Translations under genes and position numbers: made by a program
The notes under the pieces: model-generated
The model's database searches: none
Told to the model about the DNA's origin: nothing
What the model saw: only the letters and a program-made list of their open reading frames with translations
NCBI RefSeq assembly: GCF_963921235.1
Contig: NC_086102.1
Coordinates: 141,980,001 to 142,044,000, forward strand
Direction of reading: 5' to 3'
DNA length: 64,000 bases
From: Mobula hypostoma
Lineage: Eukaryota
Shown here: positions 1 to 11,760 of the stretch, one piece after another
Layout: every line of letters starts with the position of its first letter
Numbering within the stretch: the first letter of the stretch is position 1

Positions 1-180
1 TCATCAGTGATGAGGAGATATTATTATCAATCCAAACAGAATGTGGTCTTCTAGTTAAGAAGTTGCACATCCAATCGCAGAAGGAGGTGCAGAGGTCCAG
101 TTTCTGCAACTTATCGATCAGGACTCTGGACCGATGGTGTTAAATGCTGAGATATAGTCAACAAACAACATCCTGGCATG

Positions 181-3100
181 GCAGGAGTATGGGAACCAGA
201 ATGATAGAGCTGAGGATGAGTCAACAGGTTTACAAGTAGATGATGGGTGTAACATGAATGTAAGGAAGGTCAAGCAAATGATTGGATACAAATGCAGACA
301 GGGCAAAGAGTTAAATTGTACCACAGAGCCAAAATTCAAAAGGGCAAAGAATGCAGGACTGAAGGTGCTGTATTTAAATGCGCGTAGCATTTGGATAAGG
401 TGAAAGAACTCATGGGGCAATTAGAGATTGTTGGCATGACATTGTGGCCATCATTGAGTTGTGGCTGAAAGAAGGCCATAGTTGGGGAGCCTAGCATCAA
501 AGGATATACTTTATATTGAAAGGACAGGCAGGAAGGCATAGGCGGTGGTGTGGCTCTGTTTGAAAGAGATGGAATTATATCTTTAGGAAGAGGTGACATA
601 GGGTCAGAGAATATTGTATCTTTGTGGGTGGAGTTAACAAATTGCAAGGGTAAAAAAAAAATTATGTGGTTCATATATAAGCCTCCAAGTAGTAGCCAAG
701 ACGTGGGGTTGAGATTGCAAAGGGAACTGGAAAGGCATGTAATAAGGGTAATGACATAATTTTAATGGGGGACTTCAACATGCAAGGGGATTGGGAACAT
801 GCAAGGTTGGTGTTGGATTGCAAGAGAGAGTGAATTTATTGAAAGCCTATGAGATGGCTTTTTAGAGCAGCTTGTGCTTGAGCCTACTTAGGGAAAGGTT
901 ATTTTAGATTGGGTGTGTGTAATAACCCAGATCTTATTAGGGAACTGAATTGTAAAGGAACCTTTAGGAGGCAGTGAGCATAACATGATTGAATTCATAC
1001 TGCAATTTAAGAGGGAGAAGCGTAACTCACATGTATCAGTATCACAATGGAATAAAGGGAATTATAAAAGCATGAGAGCGGAGCTGGCCCAGGTGGATCA
1101 GAGGAGGATACTGGTGGGGATGATGGCAGAGCAGAGATGGCTGAAGTTTCTGAGAATAATTCACAAGCGCAGGATAGATATGTCCTACAGAGGAAGAAGT
1201 TTTCAAATGGCAGGGGAGGCAACCTTGGCTGACAAAGGAAGATAAGGACTGCATAAAAGCCAAGGAAAGGGCACATAAGGTAGCAAAAGTGAGTGGGAAG
1301 TTGGATGATTAGGAAGCTTTTAAAATACAACAAAAGACGACTAAAAAAGCTAAAAGAAGGGAAAAGCTGAAGTATGAGGGCAGACTAGCCAATAATATAA
1401 CGCAGAACACCAAAAGTTTTTTCAGTTATACAAAGAGTAAAAGGGAGGTAAGAGTTGATATTGAACCACTAGAAAATGATGCTATTGAGGTAGTAACGGA
1501 GGACAAAGAAATGGCAAATGAACTTAATGGGTACTTTGTATCTGTCTTCACTGTGGAAGACAACAACAGTGTGCCAGAGGTCCCTGAGTGTCAGGAAGCA
1601 GAAGTAAGTGCCATTGCTATTACAAAGGAAAAAGTGCTAGGCAAACTCAAAGGTCTTGAGGTGGATAAGTCACCTAGACCAAATGGACGACATCCCAGAG
1701 TCCTGAGAGAGGTGGCTGAAGAGAGAATGGATGCATTGGTCATGATCTTTCAAGAATCATTTGATTCTGGCATGGTCCCAGAGGACTGGAAGACTGCAAA
1801 TATCACTGCACTCTTTAGGAATGGGGGAAGCAAAAGAAAGGAAATTATAGGCCAGTTAGCCTAACCAGTGATTGGGAAAGTGTTGGAGTCTATTATTAAG
1901 GTACTTGGAGACTAATGATAAAATAAGTCAAAGTCAGCATGGTTTCTGTGAGGGAAAATCTTGCCTGACGAATCCGTTAAGATTTCTTCGAGGAAGTAAC
2001 AGGCAGGGTGGACAAAGGAGAGGCAGTGGATGTCATTTACACGGGTTTTCAGAAGGCATTTGATAAGGTGCCACACATGAAGCTGCTTAACAAGATAAGA
2101 TCCTATACCATTACAGAAAAGAAACTGGCATGTATAGCAGAATGGCTGACAGGCAGTAGAAGCAAGCAGGAATAAAAGGGACCTTTTCTGGTTGGCTGCC
2201 AGTGACTACTGGTGCTCCTCAGGGGTCAGTATTGGGACTGCTGCTTCTCACATTGTTTGTCAATGATTTAGATAATGGAATTGATGGCTTTGTGCCAAAG
2301 TTTGAGGATGATATAAAGGTAGATGGAGGGATAGGTAGTGCTGAGGAAGCAATGGATTGCAGCAAGACTGAGACTAATTGGAAGAATGGGCAAAAAAGTG
2401 GCAGATGGAATACAGTGTTAGGAAATATATGATCATGTATTTTGGTAAAAGGAACAATAGTGCAGACTATTATCTAAATGGGGAGAAAGTTCAAACATCA
2501 GAGGTGGAGAAGGACTTAGAAATCCTCATACAAGCTTCCCAGGAGGTTAGTTTACAGGTTGAGTCTGTCCTAAAGAAGGCAAATGCAATGTTGGCATTTA
2601 TTTCTAGTAGAATAGAATATAAAAGCAAAGAGATAATGCTGAGGATTTATAAGACACTAGTCAGGTCACACTTGGAGTATTGTCAATAGTTTTGGGCCCC
2701 ATATCTCAGAAAAGATGTGTTGTCATTGGAGACAGTCCAGAGGAAGTTCACAAGAATGATTCTGGGAATGAAGGGGTTAACATATGAGGAGCATTTGGCA
2801 ACTTTGGGCCTGTACTCATTGGAATTTAGAAGAATGCATGCAGATTTCATTGAAACCTACCGAATGTTGAAAGGACTAGACAGGGTGAAAGTGGAGAAGA
2901 TGTTTCCCATGGTGTGGGTATCAAGAACTGGAGGGCACAGCCTCAAAATTGAGGGATGACCCTTAAAACAGGTAAGGGGGACTTTTTTTTTCACCAGAGA
3001 GTAGTAAATCTGTGGAATGCTCTGCCACAGACTGTGGTGGAAGCCAAGTCCATGCTTATATTTAAGACAGAAGTTGAACATCTCCTGATCGGTCAGGACA

Positions 3101-3227
3101 TCCAAGGATATGGCAAGAAGGCAGGTGCAAGGGGTTGAGTGGGAGCTGAGATCAGCAAGAATGGAATGGCAGAGCAGACTCAATAGGCTGAATGGCCTAA
3201 TTCTGCTCCTACGTCTTATGGTCTTAT
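181..3227 (+). mobile_element. CR1 LINE, near-complete but frameshifted ORF2 (APE + RT)
   Basis: LKVLYLNARSI (APE), KSPRPNG, SQHGFCEGKSCLTN, PQGSVLG, CR1 C-terminus and 3' tail (CTTATGGT)n. Confidence 0.9.
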
Positions 3228-3379
3228 AGGTACTTGTGTTGTGCAGGTCATCTAAGGCCATGTGAAGAGCCATTGAGATTGTGTCTGCTGTGCACCTATT
3301 TTCACAAGAGGCAAATTGCAGTGGGTCTAGGTCCTTGTTGAACTTAATTACCAATCTCTCGAAACACTTCATTATTGTG

Positions 3380-4080
3380 GTCAACCCAGAGGGACAAAAA
3401 CTCATCCTATTTGTTAAGGCTGGTAAGAACGCTGAATGCATCTGCCCAAGATATCCTTCTAGACTCCTTTCCACAGGCATGGAGTGGAACATGAGGGTAG
3501 ATCTCAACAGACAGTTTCAGTTCCCCATGGAAATCACCACCACATCTCTCTGCCCAGATATACTACCGTGATCCATGGCCGTCAAGACAGTCTTCCTCAC
3601 TGAGTTAACCATGGGAGGAAGGAGTGGAGGCTGCCCACGAGCATAAGAGCCTGAAGTACTCAGACCTGGCAGCTCTCTGTAAGGAAGCTGGCTGGTGAAC
3701 CGTCATCGACCCGGTGGAAGTAGGATGCTGGGCTTTGTCAGCGCATCGACGAGAGGGTTACTCCGTGACATAACAGTGACCAGAGCAAGGCTCAGGAGGG
3801 CCTCCAGAGAGTTGGCTGAAGAGGCAGAAAAGGGCAACTTTTGGCTGTGGCTGAAGAGGAAGGACAGAAATTGGGGGAACCAACTTATCCCATTGAAAGC
3901 TGCAGGGGGTGGCAAAGAGATGCCCCTGTCACTGATTTGCCACCAGGGTTAAGGGAACGAGACATCAATGAGTGGTGGTCCTCGGCTGATGATCCTACAG
4001 CTGACCTAAGGACACAGTTGGATGTGCGGCAGGCAGCCATCCCAAGCAGGAAACAACATCTTCCTGTAAATCTGATTAAT
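3380..4080 (+). mobile_element. HERO-like (R2 superfamily) non-LTR element, 3' fragment with restriction-like endonuclease
   Basis: WNMRVDLNRQFQFPMEITTTSLCPDI, KxxKYxDL and ELAEEAEKGNFWLWLKRKD motifs followed by a 3'UTR. Confidence 0.75.
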
Positions 4081-4299
4081 TGTGACTGGGCGATAGTCAT
4101 TGTGGCAGGTTAGCATGTTCTTCTTAGACACCAGTATAACTGAAGCCTGCTTGACGCAGGTTGGTAGCGCAGACTGCTGAAGCGAGAGGTTAAAGATCTC
4201 AGTGAATTCTCCAGCCAGTTGATCCACACAGGTCTCAGGAACTCAGCCAGGTACTCCGTATGGGGAAGGCTACTGGTTGGGGAAGACACGAAAAGGTCT

Positions 4300-4625
4300 T
4301 CTGGGCAAAGAGAATCAAAATGCTACTTTGACCTAGGTGAATGGACCTGGGTGATACGTAGCTGTGAATGTTCCTGAACTGTTTGGTTTAAACAATTAAA
4401 GTGATAAGAAAGCACAACTGAAAGAATCCATGATACAACAAACGTCTTTCTGTTGTTTTTCTACAATAACAAAAAAAGGATTTTGTTACATTTTGCTGAT
4501 GTTTAATGTTGCGTCACCAAGATAAAAAGAAACAGCTTAGTGAGATCTTTTTACGCCGCATATAAATACCAACTTGTGTTAGGCATAGAAACATTCAGCT
4601 GGTTACTAGACTCGCTGTGTTCAAA
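4300..4625 (+). promoter_or_regulatory. Proximal promoter/5'UTR of gene 1 (half-MARE-like TTTTGCTGA 4491-4499, TATAAATA 4561-4568)
   Basis: Block conserved upstream of all seven ATGs; TATA ~65 nt before ATG. Maf-site role is inferred from known crystallin promoters. Confidence 0.75.
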
Positions 4626-6328
4626 ATGGGAAAGGCAAGGACTACTCAGTAAATGAACTAAATGAGAATTCTTCATGAACACCTGAGCAACTATTAACAC
4701 AGATATGCTTCTTCCCACAGATCATCTTCTACGAGGACAGGAACTTCCAGGGTCGGCACTATGAGTGCAGCTCCGACTGTGCCGACCTCTCCCCTTATTT
4801 CAGCCGCTGTAACTCCATCCGTGTCGAGAGTGACTGGTGGGTGTTGTACGAGAGACCCAACTACATGGGATGCCAGTATGTCCTGAGAAGGGGAGAGTAT
4901 CCTGACTACCAGCGCTGGATGGGATTCAATGACTGTGTCAAGTCCTGTCGCAGTTACCTATATGTAAGTCTCAGTTTTTTTTTCAGGGAATTTGATCTTT
5001 TGCGGATTGGCTCTTTAAGCGGAGAATTTGCCTAGCAAGTGCCTAATGGGTATTAAATATGTCTGAGTGTATTATTATACTCGGGTATTTCAAGGTGAAG
5101 GAGGCGGTAGTGTTGTGTCTCATAAAGACCATTAAGGTGGATAAGTCCCCAGGGCCTGATGGGATATATCCCAGGTTACAGAGAGAGGCAAGAGATGAGA
5201 TTGCTGGGACAATGACCAACAACATCATGTCTTTTCTAGACATCTGGAGTTTTGCATACAATTTTGGTCACACCATTACAGGAATGATGTCGAGACTTTG
5301 GAGAGAGTGCAGAAGAGGCTAATCAGGATGCTGCCTGGTTTAGAGGGTTTGTGCTATAATGAGAGGGCGGGCAAACTTGATTTGCTTTCCCTGGAGTGGC
5401 GGACGTTGAAGGAAGATCTGATAGAGGTTTATGGGATGCATAGATAGAGTAGACAGACAGTGACCTTTTCCCATGTTAAAATATCTCCTATCGCAGGGCA
5501 TGCAAATAGGGTGAGAGGGTGCAAGTTCAAATGAGATGTGAGGGGCAAGTTTTTTCACACAAAGAGTTGCGGGGACCTGGAATGCACTGCTCGGGGTGAT
5601 GTTAGAAGCAGATACATTAGGGACTTTTAAAAGATATTTAGGTCAGCACATGATGTGAGGGAAGTGGAAGGATATGGATATTGTTTAAGCTGAAGCGATC
5701 AGTTTAGTTAGCCATTTAATTTAAATAGCTAACTAAATTTAAATTTCCTAATGTAATTGGTTGGGCAGAAGACTGTGGGCCAAAGGTCCTGTTCCTGTGT
5801 TCTTATGTCTGATGTTCTATATTCTAAATGCAGAATATCTCTTATTTTTTCCTGTGTTTTTCTTTAACTTATGTTTGAAACAGCAACAATGCTGGTTGGA
5901 GGCATCACTGAGGCAGATAATAAATAAAATGACCAAATTGCACCTGACTTTATTTCCCATTGAAGCCAATGAATTGGCTGTTCAGATGTAGTGTATAATG
6001 AGTGAATACTCTACAAAATGTAATTACTAAATCTTTGTGCTTCCTATTCCAGTACCAAGGTGGAAACTACAGGATCAGGATTTATGAAAGGCCTGACTTT
6101 GCAGGACAGATGATGGAATTCATGGACGACTGTCCCTCTGTCTACGATCGTTTCCGTTACCATGACATCCACTCCTGTCATGTCATGGATGGTTACTGGA
6201 TTTTCTATGAACATCCCAACTACAGAGGCAGACAGTACTTCCTGAGACCCGGGGAATACAGGAGATACAGTGATTGGGGTGGCTACAATTCGACTGTTGG
6301 GTCCTTCAGACGCATGAGGGACTTCTAA
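4626..6328 (+). CDS. Gamma-crystallin (gammaS1-like) gene 1, 175 aa, exons 4626-4634, 4721-4963, 6053-6328
   Basis: Spliced translation MGK|[48 protein letters not shown]...SCRSYLY|[23 protein letters not shown]...GSFRRMRDF* shows four Greek-key motifs and the classic gamma-crystallin 3-exon layout. Intron 1 is GC-AG; intron 2 is GTAAGT...TTCCAG. Confidence 0.95.
5085..5825 (+). mobile_element. Old CR1 fragments forming most of intron 2 (present in all seven genes)
   Basis: [23 protein letters not shown] and CR1 3'-region sequence recur at the same place in every intron 2. Confidence 0.8.
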
Positions 6329-6378
6329 AAGTTGCTCTTGAATATCTAATTTTATCTTATTGAAATATTTATGGAGGT

Positions 6379-6384
6379 AATAAA
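6379..6384 (+). terminator. Poly(A) signal AATAAA of gene 1 (equivalents at 16391, 23812, 33239, 43622, 52668; AGTAAA at 62694)
   Basis: Hexamer starts exactly 51 nt after the last base of the stop codon in all seven genes. Confidence 0.8.
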
Positions 6385-6756
6385 ATACCTTTGATAACAC
6401 TATCAGCTCATCTGATTCATTTACTCTGCCTCCACTGGACATCACAATAGAACAGAAATCATAATCTAAGGACCATATTAAATTGATTTACTATGGTTGG
6501 TTACAGTTAACAGGTAACATTATGATGATTTATAGGAGGGTGAAAAGTATAAACTGAACAGAAAGTTGTTCGTTGCCTCTCGTGTTATTGCGTCTATTGA
6601 GAGGCACTGTGCTCCAATTCTGAATTTATTTCCAGTGAATTTAATGAGTCTATCTTCATGATTTTCATGATTCTGATGGTTTTGTGAAATGACTTCACAA
6701 AAGTATGAACAACATAAATAGAGACAGGAAGTCAAACAGCACAGAAAGCAACACTT

Positions 6757-7866
6757 TTCAAAGATTCAAAGGGACATTGCATTGTTAAAGTATGCATGTA
6801 CACCCCAACTCTGATATTCATCTTCTCCAGATAACCATGAAATACAGAAAACTCAGGGGTCATTGAAAGAAAAGAAATGAACTCCCCCACCCAGCATGAA
6901 AAAGAAAAAGAAACAAAACTTGTAAACCCCCAGCCCTCCACTCCCTCCCTTACACAGAACACTAACAGATCGCCCACATGGAAAATGGCAATTGGAACAT
7001 TAAAAACCCCAAATGCCTAATTCCCCTCCTTCGCAATAAAACAGTGGCAATGACATCAAACCCCTAACTCCCTCCCTCACAGAAAAAAAGCAGTGATAAT
7101 AACATCAAATTGCCAACCCACTCCCTCACAAAAAAGTTGGAGACAATATCATCAAAACCCTCAACCCCCTTTCTCACACATAAAAAAATAATAAATCACC
7201 AATACAGAAGAACACAAACATGAACATCAGTCCCCAAATCCCCAACTGCTTCCTCTCAGAAATAGTAACATATCGCCCACCCTCTAATCGGCAACAAGAA
7301 AGGAAACACCATAAACTGAAGGTGACCAATGTAAAATACAGTCCATAATGGCATAAATCTCAGAATATCAAAAGCATCCTCACTTAGGCATTTGAGGAAA
7401 CAGTCACATGAACTCATTCCTTCCATGAAGAACGATTACAATGCTAGGTCCAAACACCGTCGACCTGGCTACCAACTACCGTTGCCCTGTGGCCTCCATT
7501 GAGAGCAACCACTGATCTCCTTTGCATTCGCCTCCATGCCTCAATTTTCCTCAACGCTTCGAAATGGAGCTGTTTGTGATCACATTTTGTTCTTTTCCAC
7601 GAGGCCGCTTATGCTCTTGTTCCTCTTTGGGACTCCATCCCTGGTTTTCTCGACAAGGCAGTTCATGCTCTCAATTCTCTCCGGACACTCCGAAGAGCTA
7701 GACTGCTCAATTGAAATCCAAACTGCATGTCACAGGCTCCAGCAGTTTCTATAAAACAATTAAGACAAAAAGTACAAGCAGAAGATGTCTAGAAGGTGAA
7801 ATAATTGAAGAGATAGGCTATCTGGAAGATATCGTTCGAGGAATCATTGTTCTCTGGCACCATCTG
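6757..7866 (-). mobile_element. Unclassified non-coding retroposon-like insertion in gene 1 3' flank, with imperfect ~55-60 bp internal repeats (~6920-7260)
   Basis: Absent from paralogous flanks; (TCAAAGAT)-type tail at the left end; repeated AACATCAAA..CCC..ACTCCCTC units. Confidence 0.5.
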
Positions 7867-8229
7867 GATAAGAAGATTTACAAAACATCTTACAAGTATT
7901 AGTTTTTACTTTTACAAATCATGATAGATTCTACCGAAGTTGAGACCAGCATAAACAACAAGAAGACATGAACAGAAATCTGCTGGAGAGTTTGAACATA
8001 TCTAAGATTCTGTGAGGGTCCGCAATGTGAAGGATGGAAGTTGAGTTGAAATTGATGTGGAGTGATTTGAAGCTGTAAAATATTCTATTGAAAGTTAACA
8101 GAAAAGGAATAAGCATGAATTATTGAATCCTCAGTCAACACAGATCTTAAAGAACGTAATAAGACTGAAATGCCAGTATTGGAGAAGATGGCGATTCTCT
8201 AGAATTGTCTATCCCAGAATGTTGTAGAA

Positions 8230-9975
8230 GCAGAAATCTTTCATGTTATTTTATTGACCAGTAAAAATGCATTTGATTCTGTCCCACGGTCATGTATCAT
8301 AGACGTTCTTAATATATATACTGTAAACTAAACACTTACATGTGAAATGCCTACATCTGATGAAGCATTGGTGTACTAGAAGTGTCCTATCTATCAACAA
8401 CCAAAAAGAACCATTGTTATCACAATAAAAGGCGGCATTCTCCAGGATACCTCTCTAACCCAACTCTGGTTTTGTCCAGCTTTAAACTCACTTTCTAATT
8501 TACTGAATTCAATGAAAATAGGGTATCAAATCAGAAACAACCAAACAACTTGCACTTTAACACAGTTATTCATGGATGATTTGAAATCATATTTTCCATC
8601 ATCAGTAAAGCTAAAGCAATTAATTCAAATAGTAGAACTATTTTCAGAAGATATAAGCAAGGTTTGGAATATATAATGGCAGAACATTAAACATAAAAGA
8701 AGGTGTAATAGAGCTGATAGAACATAAAACAGTGCAGTAGATTACAATATAACAGATGGTAACTGTGAAACATGAAGTATTTGGGATATCAATAAGCAAA
8801 GAAAATAGATCATAGTGTGATAGAGGGAAACCTTTCAACAAAATTTACTTTGTTGCTTAACAAAATCTGCCAAACAGAGCTCAATAGTAAAAATATAACA
8901 AAGACAATAAACACTTTCACTTTACCCATATTAATGTATTCTTTTGGCATAATATCCTGATGTAAAACTGATCAGTAACATTTACAAGGAAAAATAAGAA
9001 CTGAAATGACAAATTTTAGAAAATACTATGTACCATACACTCGCCCACACTTAGGTTAACACTACTGAGGACAGAATGAGGAAGCAGAATAACAGACATA
9101 AAAAATTTACACAACAATCAGATAAAACTTCAAAGGATATATTTTCATCAATGTAAACAAGAGTCAGCACTCCTTGTGAGCATATGCAATTCTGAAAAAA
9201 ATTACACCATTGAGCTTAAATGCAAGCTGAGTCTGAGCCTGAGGCCTCCGTCAATTAGAGTTGACCATGGATGTTGCATCCCAGCTGTCTAGATATGCAG
9301 CCTGCGCAGTACGATATGGAGAGCAAGCTGTTGCCCATGTAGCAAGCTCCCCATCTCCACCCAGATGATGAACCCAAAGGCATGTCAGAGACCGATACAG
9401 TTTGGTACCAGCAGTGTCACAGGATTGCCAGCCAGCATTGAACTCAGTGTAGGTCTGCCTTAGGGACTCCAGCTCCGGAATTTTCCCCTCGGGGTTTACT
9501 CCTGAAGCCTCCCCCATGAGCGGGTATAGCAGCAAGACTGTGGAAGTTTGAGATCAGTTTTCCTTCTCCTAGATGAGCTGCCACCCATGGCTAATGAGCC
9601 CCATCTGCCCAAAGTGACTGGTTTTAAGTCACCAGTAACTCACCTTTGCCCTTTCTCTTGCCAGTAGAAATGGTTCCGCCGGGCTTAGTAGCTAAGCCAC
9701 ATGTGAAGTCTTGGAACTGGATTTGGTTGTCAGAGGCTTTTTGGGGTGCACGCCATTGGGAGCATATAATAAGTAGTGGGAGCTTGTCCCATTACCACCC
9801 CCGGCTACAATAACCTTAATCTTAAGGTTGATTTATGTAAATCTTCAGAAAACAACAATACTAAACACCACCAGAATAGTTTGAAGGTTCCTAGCAATTG
9901 AGAAATGAATGTGCTTGACTATGTCCATACCTCAGATTTTACCAGCTTCAGTTGAGAAAAAAAATAGCAATCATG
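8230..9975 (+). mobile_element. R4/Dong-like non-LTR fossil (deleted), interrupted at ~9226-9825
   Basis: AFDSVP, GILQDTSLTQLWFCPAL, MDDLK, INTF and LQKTTILNT remnants; 3' end ..GTTGAGAAAAAAA. Confidence 0.75.
9226..9825. mobile_element. Non-coding RTE-related SINE-like insertion
   Basis: Private ~600-bp GC-richer insert containing TTTTCCTTCTCCTAGATGAGCTGCC and GGGTTTACTCCTGAAGCC, which resemble RTE 5'-UTR sequence as recalled; classification unverified. Confidence 0.4.
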
Positions 9976-10326
9976 ATAAGTAAATAAGTGATAAATATCG
10001 AGAAAATGAAATGAAGAGTCCTTGAAATTGAGCCCATAGATTGTGGGAATAATTCACAGATGGGACAAAGGAGATTGTGTGAAGTTATCCCTTCTGGTTC
10101 AAGAGCCTGGTGGTGGAGGGGGAATAACTGTTCCGGAATCTGATGGTGTGAGTCCTGAGGCTCGTGTCCATTCTTCCTGTGAGCAGCAATGAGAAAAAAG
10201 CATGACTTGGGTGGTGACGGTTCGTGACGATGGATGCTGCTTTCCTGTGAGAACATTCCATGTAGATGTGCTGGATGGTGGGGAGGGTTTCCTCATGACA
10301 GACTGTGCTGTATCCACTACCTTTTG

Positions 10327-11501
10327 TAAGACCATAAGACCATTAGGTATAGGAGCAGAAATAGTTCATTTGGCCCAGCAAGTCTGCTCTGCCATTTCAT
10401 CATGGCTGATCCAATTTTTCCCTCGGCCCCAATCTCCTGTCTGCTCCCTGTTTCCCTTCATGCCCTGACCAATCAAGAATCTATCTACCACTGCCTTAAA
10501 TAAACATAAAGACTTGGCCTCCACAGATGCCTGTGGCAAAGAATTCCACAGATTCTCCACTCTCTGGCTGAAGATATTCCTCCTCATCTCCATTCTAAAA
10601 GGATACTCCTCTATTCTGAGTCTGTGTCCCCTGGTCTTGGACTCTTCCACCATAGGAAACATCCCCTCCACATCCATTCCATCAAGGCCTTTCACCATTC
10701 TATAGGTTTCAATGAGGTCACCCCTCATTCTTCGGAATTCTATTGAATCCAGGTCCAGAGCCACCAGATGTTCTTCATATGACAAGCCATTCAATCCTGG
10801 AATCATTTTTGTGAACCTCCTGTGAACCCTCTCCAGTTTCAGCACATCCTTTCTAAGATAAGGGGCCCAGCACTGCTCACAATACTCCAAGTGAGGCCTC
10901 ACCTGGGCTTTATAAAGTCTCAACATTACATCCTTGCTTTTATATTCTAGTCCTCTTGAAATGAATGCTAACATTGCATTTGGCTTCCTGGGCACAGACT
11001 CCATCTGCAAATTAACCTTTAGGGAATCCTACACAGGACTCCGAAGTCCCTTTGCACCTTAGATTTTTTGTATTTTCTCTCCTTTTAGAAAATAGTCTAC
11101 TCTTTCATTTCTTCTACCAATGTGCATGACTATACACTTGCTGACACAGTATTCCATCTGCCATTGCTTTGCCCATTCTTCTAATCTGTCTAATTATTTT
11201 TGTAGCCTCTCTACTTCCTTAAAACTACCTGCCCCTTCACATATCTTCATATCATCTGTAAACTTTGCAACAAAGCCATCAACTCCATCATCCAAATCGT
11301 TGGCCAGTAACGTAAAAAGCATCAGTCCAAACAAAACCCCTTATGAAACACCACTAGTCACTGGCAGCCAACCAGTAAACGCTCCTTTTATTCCCACTCT
11401 TTGCAACCTGCCAAGCAGACACTGCTTTACCCATGCCAGAGTCTTTCCTGTAATACCAGGGGCTCGTAGCTTGTTTAGCAGCCTCATGTGTGGCACCTTG
11501 T
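10327..11501 (-). mobile_element. 5'-truncated CR1 LINE
   Basis: 214-aa CR1 C-terminal ORF (NAMLAFISRGLEYKSKDVMLRLYK..); (TAAGACCA)n tail; CTTTTGTA/CTTCTGTA flanking duplication. Confidence 0.9.
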
Positions 11502-11673
11502 CACTTCTGTAGTATTTTCTGTTCAAAGGCATTGGATTTTCAATACCTGGCCATGAAGCAGCCAGTCACTATACTCTCCACAGCATATAAGTTTGTCAAA
11601 GATTTAGATGTCATGCTGAATCTTTACAAAGCTCTAAGTAAGTAGCGGCTCTGCTGTGCGTTTTTCGTCATTG

Positions 11674-11760
11674 TACAACACTGATCAGCCAACTCCATTC
11701 TTTCATCAGCAAATTCAGCCAGATGAGTCCAAAGTGATTTGCCTTCAATAATCTCTGCTG
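11674..11760 (-). repeat. ~86-bp inverted copy of 14131-14216 (homologues ~29820-29892, 37412-37487, 48467-48543, 58800-58874)
   Basis: Reverse complement CAGCAGAGATTATTGAAGGCAAATCAC..GGCTGAATTTGCTGATGAAAGAAT..GGCTGATCAGTGTTGT matches the promoter-upstream segment. Confidence 0.85.

Larger units (their letters stand above)
1..4262 (-). mobile_element. Rex1/Babar-like LINE RT fossil in three pieces (1-180, 3228-3375, ~4085-4262), split by CR1 and HERO insertions
   Basis: Minus-strand RMLFVDYISAFNTI, KCFERLV..DLDPLQFA..TADTISMALH and DQLAGEFTEIFNLSLQQS..NDYRPV are colinear parts of one RT. Confidence 0.75.

Noticed and set aside
4649-4654. GTAAAT as a canonical intron-1 donor
   Set aside because: It gives a 23-nt first exon and puts exon 2 out of frame.
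4841-5035. ORF-track crystallin ORFs starting mid-exon (MLYERP.., MRIYERP.., MMEF..) as standalone genes
   Set aside because: They are unspliced fragments of exons 2 and 3.
6044-6445. Antisense ORFs over crystallin exons (also 22195-22452, 23723-24103)
   Set aside because: Shadows of the coding strand; lengths are not conserved among paralogues.
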